From Octopus sinensis (lineage: Eukaryota), in contig NC_043008.1 in NCBI RefSeq assembly GCF_006345805.1, positions 60,078,001 through 60,142,000 on the forward strand: DNA of 64,000 bases, written 5' to 3'. Made by a program: the position numbers and the translations under genes. The number at the start of each line of letters is the position of its first letter. Position 1 is the stretch's first letter. Shown piece after piece: positions 14,260 through 26,578 of the stretch. The notes under the pieces were generated by a model. It made no database searches and was not told where the DNA came from. It worked only from the letters and a program-made list of their open reading frames with translations.

Positions 14260-15587
14260 TATTTCATGTTTAGTTGAGTCTTAATATCTTTACCATGCTG
14301 TTCTTATTATCAACCCCGAGCAAGTCCTGCGATAAACGACTTATGATCAAATGCATTCAAACTGTAAATATACCGCCTTACTGTATATTAGAAACGGCAT
14401 TATCAAACGTTTAAAACGCTTTGGTATGATTTACAAGAGATTTATACGTTATTTCTAGCCGATGAACTGACCATGCGGAGGACTCTCTCATTGTTGTTAT
14501 TGTTGTTGTGCGACCTCCAAGTCACCCCTAATCGAGTAGACTTATGATTAAAGGTGTTTCAGTCATGATTAGTCCGTTTTATAGAAGTACGTAGGAATAC
14601 ATTACCTAATGCAAAAATTAACTACCTCCAGCCTCCTACGTACCTTCATTGCGTGAATAGGCATCATATATACACCCGCTTATATAGACAAAACCCTTTA
14701 CAGAAATATGTATATATATAAGACGTTCGAGAATTTTATTTTGCTTAGTTTACCATGACTATATTGAACAGTAGAATTACAAAGCAATGCTTTATTTAAT
14801 ATTAATTCAATCATCAAAGATCAGCATACGATATTTCCGACCTTCCATATAGGAACTTAATCAATAGCGTCAGCTATTCCAAATATCAGGGGGCATTAAT
14901 CAATTCATAAGCTTCCAAAGATCCAGCTCCTGCAATTTAACGATTCAGTGTTGCGAAACTGTATATGGAAGCGCACACGTGCTGAGAACCAATAAATGAG
15001 ATGCCTGTGCTAACGAGAGATCCAAAAGGGTGAAAATTGTTATGTTTATTTGAATAACGATTTGATGAAAGAGCGAATTAATGAGTCCTTATTTCTCGGA
15101 TATATTCTTGTTAGCAGAGCATTACTCAATTCCATGCTTTTAACACCAACATTTTCATAATCAATAAGAATAGAGATTCGATTAGAATACTAAACCATTG
15201 TTCTTTGTATGTTGTACTTTCTTGCAGCATAAATTCTCCCCAATTCTCTCTAAGGCTTACATTATTAGATAAAGGAAAGAACAAAAAAATTTTCCTCGAT
15301 AGGAAAAACAGAACTATGTACGTTAGTAGTATTAGATTATTGATATGAAAACTGAATGCGCTTTTACAACGATGTGTGTGTATGTGTGTGAGTGAAGAGA
15401 GAAAACAAAGAGGGAGGGAGAGTGGGAGGGAGAGGGAGAGAGAAAGAGAGAGAGAGAGAAAAGGAGAGGGGAAAGAACCAGAATTCCGAACTCGAGGAAT
15501 GGAAAATGGTAAAGGCGCGTGTCGGAAAAAATTAATGGATTATGAATCGTAGAGTTCAGTGAGTTGATTTGCTGTAAGGATTGAAAA

Positions 15588-15623
<36 letters not shown>

Positions 15624-15629
15624 TGTGTA

Positions 15630-15666
<37 letters not shown>

Positions 15667-16730
15667 TTATGTTATGTATGTATGTATATTATCACAGGAA
15701 ATACGTGCGGTGATGAAGAATTCAATACAAACTTGATTGACGTTTAGAATATGCAATGTGATATGCATATTTACTTGTGAAAGAGCCGACACTATTCTTC
15801 AAAGTCCGATTTGTATTTCCATACTTATTGTTAGCCTTTAATGCTCAACCGTCCAATGGTCTGTTCTACTATTTATAAAATACATTGTCTTATACTCCCA
15901 TATTCATTAATAGCATAATTCTATTTTTATTCTTTTGATTAATAAAATGTATTCGTAATATAAACTAATACTAAAAATTGTCATACAACCGATCCATAGG
16001 TCGTAAATTGCCAATTTTGAAATATATTAAACCTGTACTAAAATATATTTCGGCCGTCTAGTGACATATATGGTTTATATATTATAAATCCTACCGATAT
16101 TTTATGCAAATTTTTGCACAACTTCTAGTAATGACGTTGACCGAATCAAAGTATAAAAAATACATACATATGTTTCGATATACACGCAGGAGATATATTA
16201 CACAATACTTGATAAACATTAGATTTATTCATTAGAAGCTTATTGTTCATTCGGCTGCTACTGAGAATTTCTCGCTATCTGCAGTCCTTGCATTGTTGTG
16301 ATGTTTCTGATTACCGACTGAATGAAAGAACAGCGTCGAACGGAACGCACATATATATATACTGGTATTTCGCTCAGATATAACAATACCAATATCCTGG
16401 TGATAGGGCTTATTATACACATCCTCTTCAGAATGTTCTGAACTTCATTAACATGCAGCTTTTTCTACTATGAGATGTTATGTACTCATCGATGATTGCT
16501 TGAGTATCACCCTATAGCTTAATCAGATCTTCAAACATAAAAAAATAGAAACATGTTTGAAGTTCCGAAGACGCAGTAGGTTGATACTCAAGCATTCAAC
16601 TATACGTGCCTTGTATCTAATAGTAGAAACAGGTGTAAGCTAATGAAGTCCATAACATAATTGTTTACTCCTTTGTCATTCTAATTTCTTATATATATAC
16701 ACACATATTATATATATATATGTGTGTGCT

Positions 16731-16769
<39 letters not shown>

Positions 16770-16816
16770 GCATATATATATGTATGTATTTATCTCTCTC
16801 TATCTACCTACCTACC

Positions 16817-16852
<36 letters not shown>

Positions 16853-16880
16853 ATACATATCTATATATATATACACAATT

Positions 16881-17261
16881 TACTCTCTTACTTGTTTCAG
16901 TCATTTGACTGTGGCCATGCTGGAGTACCACCTTTAGTCGAGCAAATCGACCCCAGGACTTATTATTCTATCGGTCTGTTTGCCGAACCGCTAAGTCAGG
17001 GTGAGATAAACACACCAGCATCGGTTGTCAAGCGATGTTGGGGGAGGGGGGGCAAACACAGACACACAAGCATATACTCATACACATATACATATATACG
17101 ACGGGCTTCTTTCAGTTTCCGTCTACCAAATCCACTCACAAGGCTTTGGTCGGCCCGAGGCTATAATAGAAGTCACTTGCCCATGGTGCCATGCAGTGTG
17201 ACGGAACCCGGAACCATGTGTTTGGTAAGCAAGCTACTAACCACACAGCCACTCTTACGCC
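16881..17261 (-). mobile_element. SINE family D
   Basis: Reverse complement of the family with a small internal deletion. Confidence 0.85.
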
Positions 17262-17283
17262 TATATATATGAATTATCGATTT

Positions 17284-17344
17284 ATTGTGCTGAGGACGGG
17301 AATGAATTTGTATAATTCTAACCCAGAAACGCGTCGTCCACAAT
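17284..17344 (+). ncRNA. Type I hammerhead ribozyme motif, possibly slightly decayed
   Basis: ATTGTG-CTGAGGA-CGGG...CCCA-GAAAC-GCGTC-GTC-CACAAT: perfect 6-bp stem I, GGG/CCC stem II with a C-A mismatch at its base. Lies in a ~230-bp island between TA-rich tracts. Confidence 0.65.
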
Positions 17345-17593
17345 TAACCGAAGACTGATTTCATTATTTTCCTTGTTTTGCCTATGTGAGTTACAAATAT
17401 TGTTGTCTGGAGTAATATCTGTAGTAAATAGAAATAAGCTGTCTTTGGCTGCTATTTCTAAATTTTCGGTATGTGGTGAAGCAACTTGTTGCTTAACCCT
17501 TAATTATATACATATATACATATATATAGTAGGTATTTAAAATAAAAATTAAAATTCATTTTATTTGGTGAGATGTAGGGGTCTACCATCTCT

Positions 17594-17654
<61 letters not shown>

Positions 17655-19033
17655 GAGAGAGACAGAGAGATTTAGAGATTTAGAGATTTAGAGTAAGCGA
17701 GAGAAAATTCTGTGTATTGTTATCTACATGTTAACATCTGCCGTTTCAAAAACGCTGTGTACTTTACAGCACTGTAACATTTGCATAAACATAATTTCAT
17801 ACTTCTTTGCGATCAGTAATTTATGAAATGCGAAAATACGTTATTAATAAATTCAAGAATCTCATATGAGTGTTATTTCTGATTTCACTAATGCAACATG
17901 TTTCGCTGCATATATTATCATATTTCTTAAAATATGGCGTTTTATGATGAATTGGGATTATTAATATTTCGTGTTATCCCCAATTTTGGAATTGATTTCA
18001 GTTTATAATTCCTTATGACTCTGAGAGAATTAGCATCAAAGAAAAGTACGTTCTTTGATACGGTGTTTCTGCGTTCCACATTTTCAATCATCCTATTTTC
18101 TTGTTAGATATCTTAAATAATTTAAGAGGGTGTTAATTAAATGTTAGAAAACTAATTAGTTGTCAAAGCATAACCATGGCCTGAAACTAAGTTTCATTAT
18201 CCAATTTGAGAAGGAACTCTGGAGAATAAATTACTCTTATAATAGAACAGTAATCTTCGACATTGTGTTGGACTCATAGATAAGGTATTTCTTAACAAAA
18301 TGACCAGTCACACAAATAATCTATATCAGTGAGTCATATTTCATAGCCATTCGCATATCGAATCATTTTGCATGAATTTCTATTTAGTCTTCACTTATTA
18401 AATATATATATTCAAATTATTCCTACATTCAGTCATTTCTTGCATTCGTAGCTCTTGCCTGTTGTTGTTTATAACCACGTGATTCTTGATTAAACTAACT
18501 TTCTATCCAATATATCCCTGAAGCAATCATACTTACTTTTAGCCAGCCATATTATATTTACGTATAAATTATCTAACGAAACCTCATTTTTATTTTAAGG
18601 CAGTAGATTTTCATTTGAGAACTCATGGAGCCGGCTCGTTTCACTGCTGACTTGTTTAATCAATTGTTTGTCAGTAAAATGAGCTAGACGCATACCAACT
18701 ATTGACAAGCGTTATAGAAGAATTTGTAAAATGTGAATGCATCCGTGTCAGTAATTAACCTTCGTCGTTACTATTTCACTTATGATACAATAATAATTTT
18801 CCGTTGGAATATTGGCATTACATATTTATATTTCGTTCTTCACTAAATGCAGAATTGTGCGTGACTCGCTCCAAGAAATTAATAGGGTTATATAATTCTA
18901 GGTATTTTTTTCATGGTTGAACTGCTTTATTAAGAAACTAATTTATAAATAGCCTATCAGAAGCACTCAATACAAATATCTGGTATTTATTCGAGCAGAA
19001 CTGTCCATGACATCGCAGAAATAATAGACATAT

Positions 19034-19070
<37 letters not shown>

Positions 19071-20140
19071 GTAAGTATGTATGTATGTATGTATGTATCT
19101 CTCTCTCTCTCTCTCTATCTATATATATATATGTATATATATACGCGCACAAACACATATTTATATACGCACACACATGGATACATAGACACACGCACAT
19201 ACACACTTCTCTTCCAGTTTTGTTTTTGCTAAAGATGTTTATTGAAATCCGACATATTGTATATAAGGCAAAAGTGTTAACAGTTGAGTTTGTTTTGCTG
19301 TACTCTCTAAATTGTTTTGCTATATTCTCTAAATTGTACGATAATGGTTCTCTAATGACTCTAATTCGCAATGTTACACATAAATTATTCTAACAATACT
19401 ATAGTACATAATACGTACATATATACATACATAAATATAAACACACACGCACAAAAGCACGCGCGCACACACACATATATATAAATCTGTCACTCACACA
19501 CATACGTTTCGACTTTTTCCATAAAATGTTATTTTTAAACCAATATCTACAAGCTATTATTTATAACGTTATTTACTTCCAATTGTACAGTTAAAAACAA
19601 ATCATGTATATATGTGTGTGTGTGTGTGTGTCTGTCTGGATGGGCAAATTCCTGCATGGCGTTCAAATCTCGTACAGCAAAAGTGGCAAGCTACCCATCA
19701 CTGGCAGATTACCAGTACAAACATCACCACTACACCAGTAACTGAACTTCAGTAAGCAGATGATGCGATGCCTGGTGCAACTTAATAAAAGAAGTGCGGA
19801 GAAATTTCTAATATTTTTTTCTGGCACTAATAAGAACATAGGTCAAACTCTGAGCAGATATAAAACAAATTGTTTGCATCATCACGCACTTTGCTTTAAA
19901 GAACCTGGCTCAGCCGTTTATACAAATACGTGGACAGGTAGGAAAAATCTGGAGTAGTTTCAGTGTCTTGGCAGTCGTGCATCAAAGCACGCTGATACTG
20001 AGTGGGGAAATTTAACACCAGATGATGTATTCACGGGCCGTCCTTGGTCGTCTAAGCAAACGAGTACATCATTATAATTTAAAGTAAACAAACGTATGGC
20101 GTATAAGGTATTTCTTCTCTCCAGTTATTCTCAGACCTAA

Positions 20141-20328
20141 GCCGGTCGGTCGGCGGGGAGTAAGTCTGAGTAGTATACGACGTTATCGACGAAGACCACG
20201 AGTGTGTGTGTCCGTGTTTTATCGACGAGTTCTGGAGCGAGTTCTCGGTATCGAGCACGAATGCGGCCGGTCGGTCAGCGGGGAGTAAGTCTGAGTAGTA
20301 TACGACTTTATCGACGAAGACCACGAGT
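20141..20328. repeat. 63-bp GC-rich direct repeat with 125-bp period
   Basis: GCCGGTCGGTC(G/A)GCGGGGAGTAAGTCTGAGTAGTATACGAC(G/T)TTATCGACGAAGACCACGAGT at 20141-20203 and 20266-20328. Confidence 0.9.
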
Positions 20329-20473
20329 TAGATGCAACACACACACACACAAACACACGCATGCACCACGCAAGATCTGTTAGGAAGATTAAGATCATCC
20401 AGTGACAACAATCGGAGAAATATAAATGTTAGCGCACTCGACTAAGCTTGTATCGTTATATCATTCGCGTAGG

Positions 20474-21078
20474 AAGGCGGAGAGCTGGTAGAAACGTTAG
20501 CACGTCGGGCGAAATGCTTAGCGGTATTTCGTCTGCCGTTACGTTGTGAGTTCAAATTCCGCCGAGGTCGACTTTACCTTCCATCCTTTCGGCATCGCTA
20601 AATTAAGTACCAGTTACGCACTGGGGTCGATGTAATCGACATAATATCTATGTCTGTCCTTGTTTGTGCCTTCTATGTTTAGCCCCTTGTGGGTAATAAA
20701 GAAATAGGTATTTCGTCTGTCGTTACGTTCTGAGCTCAAATTCCGCCGAGGTCGACTTTGCCTTTCATCCTTTCGGGGGATCGATAAATAAAGTACCAAT
20801 TACGCACTGGGGTCGATGTAATCGACATAATATCTATGTCTGTCCTTGTTTGTGCCTTCTATGTTTAGCCCCTTGTGGGTAATAAAGAAATAGGTATTTC
20901 GTCTGTCGTTACGTTCTGAGTTCAAATTCCGCCGAGGTCAACTTTGCCTTTCATCATTTCGGGGGGTCGATAAATAAAGTACCAGTTTCGCACTGGAGTC
21001 GATGTAATCGACTTAATACGTTTCTCTATCCTTGTTTGTCCCCTCTATATTCAGCCCCTTGTGGGCAGTAAAGAAATA
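20474..21078 (+). mobile_element. SINE family C, tandem trimer
   Basis: One full head plus two 5'-truncated ~185-bp units; a single 17-bp TSD TATATCATTC(G/A)CGTAGG surrounds the whole array. Confidence 0.9.
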
Positions 21079-21967
21079 TATATCATTCACGTAGGGAAGA
21101 GAATTATACGATATTTTCTGGGGAAGACATCCGTCGTGCTGATAGATGAATGACAGAAAGCGCGCGCAAGGCGGTGGCTTCAATTTTTATTTTGTACTCT
21201 ACGAAAGTTCAAACTGCGCCTTTACCATGAAAATTAAACAAACCTACATTATCTTAAGTATTCTATAAAAAAATTTATCTACCATTATGATAGAGAAAGA
21301 GTGCTCTATATTTGTTGAGAATTCATTCAGTCAAATCTCGTTCTCTCTCTCTATATATATATATCTATCTATCTATCTTTATCTATATGCATATACAGGC
21401 AGAATTAAAATTTAGTTTGTTACTCTCACACAAACCCATACAATGGAACGACATAAACCGTTTTTCATGTTTTCAATTATTGTTTGGCTTCATTATTTAA
21501 AAAAAAAAATGCCAAAAAATAAAGAAAAGAGTAAAACGATATTGATGTTTTATTTATATTGTATTTCTGCAGGCAGCAGAAAGAGTCCATTTCTTTCTGA
21601 ACACCTTACAAACTATTTACATCGATTTAACACTACCACAATGTTATCCACCGTTGCCAGCGTCAAACGACTCACTGACTACACAAAGATTTATATACCA
21701 AAGTAAGAAAAAGTACGTACGTATGCATGTATGTATGTACGTATATATAAACAGATGAAAAATATATAAACTAGTGAAGATTTTTATCTGTGACTATGCC
21801 TATGTGCAACAAGATGTATGAGTTTCTACGCATTGAGTGTGTGTGTCTGTGTAAGATAAACAATGTGATTGGAAGCGTGCGTGTGATAAAGCAAATGTGT
21901 CTAGCTATATAATTTGTATCGGATTGTTCCAACTTATGCTATCATACAATATTATGTGTATTTCTTG

Positions 21968-22003
<36 letters not shown>

Positions 22004-22006
22004 AAC

Positions 22007-22167
22007 TGACTAATAGCGTATATATATATATATATATATATATATAATGACTAATTGCTTATATATATATGTATGTATGTATATATATATATATATGATG
22101 ACTAATAGCGTATGTATATATGTATATATACATACATACATACATATATATATAATGATTAATAGCG

Positions 22168-22204
<37 letters not shown>

Positions 22205-22216
22205 TGACTAATAGTG
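22007..22216. repeat. Compound repeat: five TGACTAATAGCGTA-like motifs separated by variable (TA)n
   Basis: Motif starts at 22007, 22048, 22099, 22156 and 22205. Confidence 0.85.
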
Positions 22217-23249
22217 TTTATAAGAAATCTTGGCACCGAATATGCTATGGTGGCACGTAAAATGCCTCTTAAATGGGATTAATGTAGTATTTTATTAGAA
22301 TGGATGCATGGAATCTTAGTATTCCGAAATACTATAAAAGTCGAACAAGAATTTATCTCCAGTGTTCGAAAAGTCTCGAGGGTTGCTAGATAAGCAGTCT
22401 TTGTATTAGTAAAAATAAAAAAGTTCGATTTGACATGTAGCATAATGGATATAAAATGACAGGAAGAGTAAATTATTTATTAGGACAGCAATGAATGCTT
22501 TGTAGTTCGTAAGGAACTAAAACTATTTTACCATTTTTTTTTTCTTTCTTCCCACCCTCTATCTCTGATAAAGAATCACGAAATACACTCGGATGTTATA
22601 TTTCCAGCAAACATTTGAAATCCAGCAAAATAATGAGTGTTAAAGGTTTCTATAGCTTTACATTATTTCTCTCGAATTGCACTTATCGTATTAACAATAG
22701 GAGTTGATGTGATGTGTGAGTTGTCAGACGGTCCAAGTCGACGGTAAACTTAGAGCTTCGCGAAGGAATAGACGATTTCGGTGTTTCTTCATAAACGAGA
22801 CACTTAATGTACATAACAGAAAGATAAAAAAAAATTATTAGCTATTGTATGAGAGACGAAGAATTGTTAAAAACGAATTCTGAGCTATTTCTTTTTAAAA
22901 TGTATTTATAACTTCTTTGTTTAATCTGCTAAAAGTTTGATGCATCAAACAATACACTTAGAGAAACGTCGATTTCCTAAGACCAATTATTCAAGAGATG
23001 GTTATGAAGTAAATTGCATCGACCGAGTGTAATAGTAATTTTATTCTTCCATTGTCTATAATCAGGCAAGATGATGTCCAATAAAGAAGATAAAAGAATA
23101 TAATTCCTGTTAATCATATATCAAAATTCCGGTTCACATATCCTGTTAATTTTACGATATTTGTGGCAATATTCTATCAACATATCTTTCAAAGCTAATA
23201 TTCTCTCTGGTCATCATTCCTTAAGAGACTAACGCAGGCATTGTAAGAT

Positions 23250-23650
23250 TGGACATTCTAATGCGCCCTTAAAATATAGGTGTTCTACATGTCCACGTAC
23301 CCTTAAAGCCCGAGCGTTGCTACAATTGTTCACGCCCTTAAAAATCGAGTGATTTTACATTCCTCGACATCCTTGAAGATTAAATGTTTTAAACTCTCAT
23401 ACGTCCTTAAAACACGAAGAATTTTACTCTCCCTTGTGCCCTTAAAACGAGGGGTTTTACATTCAAGTGCGTCTTTGAAACACAATGGGATTTAAATTCC
23501 CGTACCCCGATAAAACATACAGGCGTTAACATTCCCATGTGCCCTTAATATACGTTTTTACATTTCTATGCGCCCTTGAAATACAAGATGTTTTACATTA
23601 TCATGCGTTCTTAATAAAGTGGGGTTATTTTCCCATGCACACTTAGGACA
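23250..23650. repeat. Degenerate ~34-bp minisatellite, about 12 copies
   Basis: CCTT(A/G)A-like cores at ~23267, 23301, 23336, 23371, 23405, 23440, 23472, 23507, 23543, 23574, 23609 and 23641; approximate consensus TTTTACATTCCCATGCGCCCTTAAAACACGAGGTG. Confidence 0.75.
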
Positions 23651-24367
23651 TTTTCGGGATTCTCAGCCATTAGTCTTATTGCTTGAAGAAACTAAGGAGA
23701 CAAGAATAAGTTATTTAAACCACTTGTCTGGTACCTTATTTTATCGGGACTGGAAATACAAAGTTTAAAGAAGATCTTGGCGACATTTGAACTTAGAACG
23801 TAAAAGTACAAAACTAAATGCCGTAATGCTTTTTTGTGCGATGCTATTATGAATCTGAGAATGAATCACATTGATTAAACATTTTTTTTACATAGAAATT
23901 TGCTGGATTTGTGCTCAAAATGTAACGTCAAAGGATCGAAATGCCGAAATAATTTTAGCGTATCAATCTCTCTAATGTCATGGCAACATCGGGGCTCGAT
24001 AAATAATTGAGATTCTGTCTTTGTCTTAAAAAGATTGACTCTTATTACGAAAGCTTTATATAAATTATGGATCTGCTATTGCTTTGGTATAGAAATAGTT
24101 CCTGTAGTCGCCATACAGATATACGCGCACACACATATGATAGGGCAGCTGTTATGTTTACTGAAGGATGTGGGTTCGTCTTCAACAGGCAGCCTTCGAA
24201 AATTTCTATCCTAAAAAGCATTTAATCCAGTATTTATATGCTATTATTTATAGCTTTATTTGCTTCGAGAATCCTCGTTCGTAGAAATAATTATTTCACG
24301 TACTCGACGTTTCTAAATTCTTATAACATCAACGTTATACGCACATATGCGTGTATGTGTCTGTGAG

Positions 24368-24439
<72 letters not shown>

Positions 24440-24990
24440 ATATATATATATATATATACATACATACATATTAAAATGTATGAGGTTACATGCTAAAGGC
24501 AAAACACAAAAGAAAATAAAACACAAAAAATAAATAAAATGACAGGCTAAGGTTACAAGTACTGTTATTTGCTTGGATGCAGCGAGAAGAGAAATAATTA
24601 ATGTTTATAATCTTCCAGGCATTATCCGTCTTCGGATTCAGGGGGAAAGACGAAAGACCAGAAATGTTTGGAAAAGGAAGGAAGAATAAGGAAAAGAAAG
24701 ATAAAACAACATCAATAATAGTTGCTACGTTGATCTTTCTCTCGCACTTTATACATACATACATACATACATACATATATGCATACATATAGAGGTAAGC
24801 ATCACGTAGCTACTATCGTTAGTATAATTTTTTTCCTCATAGTTCTTCCTTTTCTATACATTTCTGTTGTTTCGTATGATGTAGTCGAAAACTTTGAAAC
24901 CACGATCTCACGATCTTTAGTGCAATACCATAATCAGTAGGCCGTGTGTCACCCTCTCTTTGTCTCTCATACACATGTCTGTATGTATAT

Positions 24991-25036
<46 letters not shown>

Positions 25037-25074
25037 GAAATATTAAAATTACTAAGTCTCTCTAAAAGAGATTA

Positions 25075-25703
25075 CGGGGTTGATGTAACCGACATGCCCC
25101 CACCCCACGAAATTACTAGCCTTGTGCCAAAGTTTGAACTCTCTTCCAGTTTCCAAAAACCAGATCCACTCACAAGGCTTTGGTCGGCCCGATGCTATAG
25201 TAGGAGTCACTTGCCGAAGGTGCCACGCAGTGGGACTGAACCTGGAACTATGTGGTTGGTTAGCAAACTACTTACCACACATCCACTCGCGCGCCTGGGG
25301 CATGTCGGTTACATCAACCCCAGTGCGCAACTGGTACTTAGTTTATCATCCTCGAAGTGAATGAAAGGCAAAGTCGATCTCAGCGGAATTCGAACTCAGA
25401 ACGTAAAGACAGACAAAATACTGCAAAGCATTTAATTCGTTGCGGTAACGATTCTGCTGGTTCGTCACTCATTGTGTAATTATATATTCTTTTCTACTCT
25501 AGGCACAAGACTCGAAGCTTTTGGAGAGGGAGCCAGTCAATTAGATTGATCACAGTATGCAACTGGTAAGCAAATTTACCGACTCCGAAACGATAAAAGG
25601 CAAAGTCGACCTCGGTGGAATTTGAACTAAGAACATAAAGACAGACGAAATGTCGCTAAGCATTTTGCCCGGCACGATAACGATTCTGCTGGCTCGTTGC
25701 CCT
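25075..25703. mobile_element. Cluster of SINE fragments (family C tail, family D head, two minus-strand family C copies)
   Basis: Homology to the complete copies elsewhere in the window. Confidence 0.75.
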
Positions 25704-26444
25704 TGTGTAACTCTATATTAATAAACAGATAGGCAGATGCGTAGATAGAGAGTAACTAGTGAGAGGCTAGATTTATTTTTACAAAGAAGATATTACTAAA
25801 TAATATTTATTACCGCTGTTTACGATGGAAGATACATTATCCGTCACGGAGACAGATGCAAAACCATTAAGTGGTTAACATTTTCTTTTCTTTATCTATT
25901 ATTTATTTTTTGTCTGTGAATGAATAATGTAAATAGGAAAAAAATGAATCAATAAGGCATTTTAGTATGAATTCACTCCAATCTATGTAGTTTCGTTCGA
26001 AATTGTTTTTCCATTTTCTTTCACTAGCATTTACATAGTCTTTCACAAAATTCTTTATTCGATTGGCTTAATTTATTTACGGAATCACTGTCAAGGGTCG
26101 ATCACAAAGGACTAAGAATATGAAGATATCTGAAGCAATTTAAAAGCTTATGGTAGATGAAAATATAAAGGAAAATAAAATAAAGGGAAGATAACAAAGA
26201 TTTTGTAGACAATTATGATTTGTATGTTTTGATAGTTTCTAATATGGAGCAATTTCTTCACTGCAACTAATTATTATCTGTATGTTTATGTGTCTTATTT
26301 GTGTGCGTGCGTGGTGTGTGTGTTTAAGTGCGTACGTGTGAGTTTGTGTATGCGTGCGTGTATATGAGTAAAATTTCCTTTTTATCATTTGGAAGATGAT
26401 TGTCTGTGTTTAAAGATGTGCATTGAAAGAATATGAGTACTCAC

Positions 26445-26578
26445 AAATTTCGTTCCTAGATTTATTACTGCACATCGCAACGTAGCCAGCTCCCCACGAA
26501 GGAAGGTTACGTTTGTAGGCGTCGGGAGGAAACTTGGCATAGGTGGTGTTGAGGTCATTGCGTAAAGTGAACCTAGCA
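26445..26578 (-). CDS. Internal coding exon of an Ig-superfamily cell-surface protein (Dpr / ZIG-8-like), covering the end of the leader and the N-terminal half of Ig domain 1
   Basis: Minus-strand acceptor TTTTTTTCTTTCTTTTGCAG ends at 26579 and donor GTGAGT starts at 26444. The exon is 134 bp, phase 1 in and phase 0 out. It translates to xLGSLYAMTSTPPMPSFLPTPTNVTFLRGELATLRCAVINLGTKF, matching the P-x-F...N-V-T...G-x-x-A-x-L-x-C-x-V-x-N-L-G pattern that precedes V-x-W in Dpr/ZIG-8-type Ig domains. No other exon was found by eye. Confidence 0.85.

Noticed and set aside
23250-23650. Repeat/spacer-like periodicity suggesting a CRISPR-like locus
   Set aside because: The variable parts are short and still mutually similar, consistent with a decayed minisatellite.
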